Positions 51,001 through 53,266 of a stretch of 53,266 nucleotides of DNA are shown in pieces. Within the stretch, counting starts at the first letter, position 1, and each line of letters opens with the position of its first letter. The notes under the pieces were generated by a model. That model was not told the DNA's origin, ran no database searches, and saw only the letters and a list, made by a program, of their open reading frames with translations. Source of the DNA: Macrostomum lignano (Eukaryota); the NCBI GenBank assembly GCA_002269645.1, contig NIVC01004251.1, positions 1 through 53,266 of the forward strand, read 5' to 3'. A program made the translations under genes and the position numbers.

Positions 51001-53182
51001 AGAACTTATCCCTTCCCAACAGGTCACCCTATGTGGCCTATAAGGTTACAGTTGCTATCCCAGTGCTGCAGGCTTTCATAACATTCTTCGTAGTGGCCAA
51101 TTTTGCCCGGGCAACATTCCTGGATCCTGGCACCTATCCTCAGTGCGTGCGCAACGAATCAGACGATGACGATAGCCGGGGCACTCTGTTTAAAAGTGTT
51201 GAAATTCGCGGCTGTCAGTCCAAAATTAAATGGTGCTCCACCTGCAGGTTTTACCGGCCGCCAAGGTAAGCAAATATTTTATTCGTTAATTTAATTGGGA
51301 GCTTGAGTCCCCCGAGTCTTAAAGATGAGATTTTCAGATACCGCTTTTAAAGATGAGATTTTGAAATCCCATTCTTAAAGATGAGATCTTAAAGTCCCAT
51401 TCTCAAAGATGAGATTTTGAAATCCCATTCTTAAAGATGAGATCTTAAAGTCCCATTCTCAAAGATAAGATTTTGAAGTCCCATTCTTGAAAATGAGATT
51501 TTGGAATCCCATTCTTAAAGATGAGATTTTGAAATCCCATTCTCAATGAGATTTTGAAATCCCATTCTCAAGATGAGATTTTGAAATCCCATTCTTAAAG
51601 ATGAGATTTTGAAATCCCATTCTTAAAGATGAGATTTTGAAATCCCATTCTTAAAGATGAGATTTTGAAATCCCATTCTCAAATATGAGATTTTGAAATC
51701 CCATTCTCAAAATGAAATTTTGAAATCCCATTCTCAAAATGAGATTTTGAAATCCCATTCTTAAAATGAGATTTTGAAATCCCATTCTCAAATATGAGAT
51801 TTTGAAATCCCATTCTTAAATATGAGATTTTGAAATCCCATTCTCAAAGATGAGATTTTGAAATCCCATTCTCAAAAATGAGATTTTGAAATCCCATTCT
51901 CAAAAATGAGATTTTGAAATCCCATTCTCAAGGATGCGATTTTAAGACCCCATTCCCAACGATGAGATTTTGAAATCTCGTCTGTCTTGTCGAAGACGAG
52001 AAATGCCAGTATTTAAAATTTAAAATAAATTAAAAAGACAATTTTTAGAGATAGAAATTAAAGTGAATGCAATTGGATATAGATGTGTCAAAAATGTTAG
52101 ATGATTGTCATTTGCAATAATAAATAAGAAAGACAGTCCCAACGTCCCCCAGGTGCTCCCACTGCTCCTCATGCGATCGTTGCATTGACACTTTTGACCA
52201 TCACTGCCCGTGGGTGAACAACTGCATTGGTCGCCGCAACTACAGAGCATTCTTCTTCTTCCTGTCATCTCTGACCGCCCACACAATCTCTGTGCTGGCT
52301 GCTAGCATCTACTTTGTTGTGCAGCATAGGGAAAATTTGCGTCAAGTTGGTCCCATCGTTGCCATAGTGATTGTGTGCGTTGCCGGGCTGCTGGTCTTTC
52401 CCATTGCTGGCCTTACCGGCTTCCACATCTACCTGATTAGCAAGGGCGTTACTACTAATGAGCAGGTGAGTGTTTTTTCGATTTCAAAAGATCCTCAGTT
52501 GCTGGGCCTCCAGCCTCCCAGATCCTGAGTTGCTAGACCAGCCTCCCAGATCCTCAGCTGCTGGCCAGCCTCCCAGATCCTCAGTTGCTGGGCCAGCCTC
52601 CCAGATCCTCAGTTGCTAGGCCAGCCTCCCAGATCCTCAGCTTGCTGGCCAGCCTCCCAGATCCTCAGTTGCAGGGCCAGCCTTCCAGATCCTCAGCTTG
52701 CTGGCCAGCCTCCCAGATCCTCAGTTGCTAGGCCAGCCTCCCAGATCCAGTTGCAGGCCAGCTTCCCAGATCCTCAGTTGCTAGGCCAGCTTCCCAGATC
52801 CTCAGTTGCTAGGCCAGCCTCCCAGATCCTCAGTTGCTGGGCCAGCCTTTCGGATCCCTAATTAGCTCAAGCCTTAATCCTCGCAGAGCAGCAAGCCAAA
52901 CCCTCCCACGCATGACAGGTCACTCACAAATACGACGTAGAGAATCCGTTCGATGAGGGCTGCAGCAAAAACTGTCTGCAGACCCTGTGCGGCTCCCAGT
53001 TCCCCTACCCGGTTCGACCGTTTCAAGAAGCGACCAACCTCAGTGGCGTCCGGCACTTCCGAGCTAAGAAGCTGCCAGAGAACCGCGCAAGCCTGCTGCA
53101 CTATCAAGTTGACGCCGAGGGCGATAAGAATCGCTTACGAAACGGCGTACGAACCCGCGACCACAGTTGGCGCCAATTCTAG
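33094..53182 (+). CDS. ZDHHC5/8: DHHC palmitoyltransferase, ZDHHC5/8-like; at least 4 exons with a 17.8-kb first intron
   Basis: Exon 33094-33188 ([34 protein letters not shown]1) joins in phase to 51023-51265 (ATFLDPG...[13 protein letters not shown]), 52153-52465 ([30 protein letters not shown]...TTNEQ) and 52919-53182 ([16 protein letters not shown]). The 3' end may continue beyond the window if an internal donor is used. Confidence 0.9.
33194..39238 (-). mobile_element. Autonomous 6,045-bp hAT-like DNA transposon with a 7-bp TSD (resembles what I recall as the hATw lineage)
   Basis: Left end TAGAGACTCCGGCGAG (33194); right end reverse complement TAGGGACTCCAGTGAG (39238); 13/16 match. Direct repeat GTGTAAG at 33187-33193 and 39239-39245. 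Contains an intact transposase gene. Confidence 0.9.
34598..38480 (-). CDS. Spliced DDE transposase, 1,171 aa, with C-terminal RG tract and Spindlin-like Tudor domain
   Basis: Exons 38480-37263, 37087-36071, 35954-35396 and 35319-34598 (3516 nt, GT-AG, phases 0/0/1, no stops). Catalytic candidates D393 (ILHDATSK), D475 (FLMTDRH), C511xxH514 (FCGMH) and E790 ([10 protein letters not shown]). Coiled-coil N-terminal half. GRG repeats at about 35038-34907; Tudor-like domain at about 34840-34637; acidic tail. Confidence 0.88.
39410..40915 (-). pseudogene. Zinc-finger (C2H2) ORF fragments, interrupted by a MITE
   Basis: [10 protein letters not shown]...HHSKYTPC (degenerate finger) and CPIQHC-x12-HLLRFH. 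A downstream frame [10 protein letters not shown]|[13 protein letters not shown] is continuous once the MITE and one TSD copy are removed. Host-gene versus transposon origin is unclear. Confidence 0.5.
39662..40259. mobile_element. 598-bp Mutator/Foldback-like MITE with a 9-bp TSD
   Basis: TIRs of about 130 bp start GGCAGTGCTTATCCCCACGGTACCG and contain internal sub-repeats. TSD TAATAAAAT at 39653-39661 and 40260-40268. Confidence 0.88.
41443..47520 (-). pseudogene. Decayed NOF-FB/Rehavkus-like (Mutator superfamily) transposase, split by the Tc1 element
   Basis: Fragments: [13 protein letters not shown] (45125-45445); [18 protein letters not shown] (44711-45007); LHINATG (D to N) and VTDFSWALI (44360-44704); LCTNHI CxxH (about 44330-44311), continuing MHLVSRYLK across the Tc1 site. 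Degenerate SALKRH(L/F)RHT zinc-finger helices at 47200-47520. Many stops and frameshifts. Family call is from motif memory. Confidence 0.68.
42030..44299 (-). mobile_element. 2,270-bp Tc1/mariner (IS630-like) element with 327-bp TIRs, TA TSD and a dead transposase
   Basis: TIRs at 42030-42356 and 43973-44299 (about 12 mismatches); TA at 42028-42029 and 44300-44301. Transposase 43747-42611 has [16 protein letters not shown] and [12 protein letters not shown], with three in-frame stops. Confidence 0.95.
47753..47988. mobile_element. 236-bp hAT-type MITE with an 8-bp TSD
   Basis: Ends CAGGGTTTTATTTTTTG and, in reverse complement, CTGGGTTTATTTTTTG. TSD TAATAATG at 47745-47752 and 47989-47996. 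Confidence 0.8.
48767..49097. repeat. Diverged tandem duplication of about 170 bp
   Basis: AAAATTGCATTTTACTCAG...AATTTCATTGTTCTTTGTC...GATTTGG occurs at about 48767 and about 48940. Confidence 0.75.
51318..51980. repeat. 28-bp minisatellite (AAAGATGAGATTTTGAAATCCCATTCTC)n in ZDHHC intron 2
   Basis: Directly visible. Confidence 0.95.
52490..52860. repeat. 27-bp minisatellite (GGCCAGCCTCCCAGATCCTCAGTTGCT)n in ZDHHC intron 3
   Basis: Directly visible. Confidence 0.95.
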
Positions 53183-53266
53183 TGCTAAAGATGATAATCA
53201 ACAAAAAGATTTGCCTATGCCAAGTGCCAGACCGCCTGTGCCTACAAAATGGTGCTTATGCATCGC

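Overview
Eukaryotic (metazoan, invertebrate-like) genomic DNA with spliceosomal introns, many minisatellites and nested transposons. The style resembles a Macrostomum-type flatworm, but the sequence alone cannot prove this. Host genes reconstructed by hand: an intronless DEG/ENaC channel (-), a 5-exon DEPDC7/LET-99-like gene (-), a broken trypsin paralogue (+) with a 5'-truncated RNase H-type LINE in its intron, an intronless LicD/fukutin-family gene (-), an intact 6-exon trypsin (+), ARL8 (-), and a ZDHHC5/8-like palmitoyltransferase (+) head-to-head with ARL8. The ZDHHC first intron is 17.8 kb (33189-51022) and is a stack of DNA transposons. The main find is an apparently intact 6,045-bp hAT-like element with 16-bp TIRs and an unusual 7-bp TSD. 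Its 4-exon, 1,171-aa DDE transposase ends in an RG-repeat tract and a Spindlin-like Tudor domain. It inserted exactly on the host 5' splice site and duplicated it. The same intron holds a decayed NOF/Mutator-like transposase split by a Tc1-like element (327-bp TIRs, CpG-decay signature) and two MITEs with clear TSDs. About 12 of 17 host introns are filled by a tandem repeat, each with its own unit; one intron is almost pure (TAG/CAG)n. All exon coordinates, counts and family calls come from manual reading and motif memory, not from searches.
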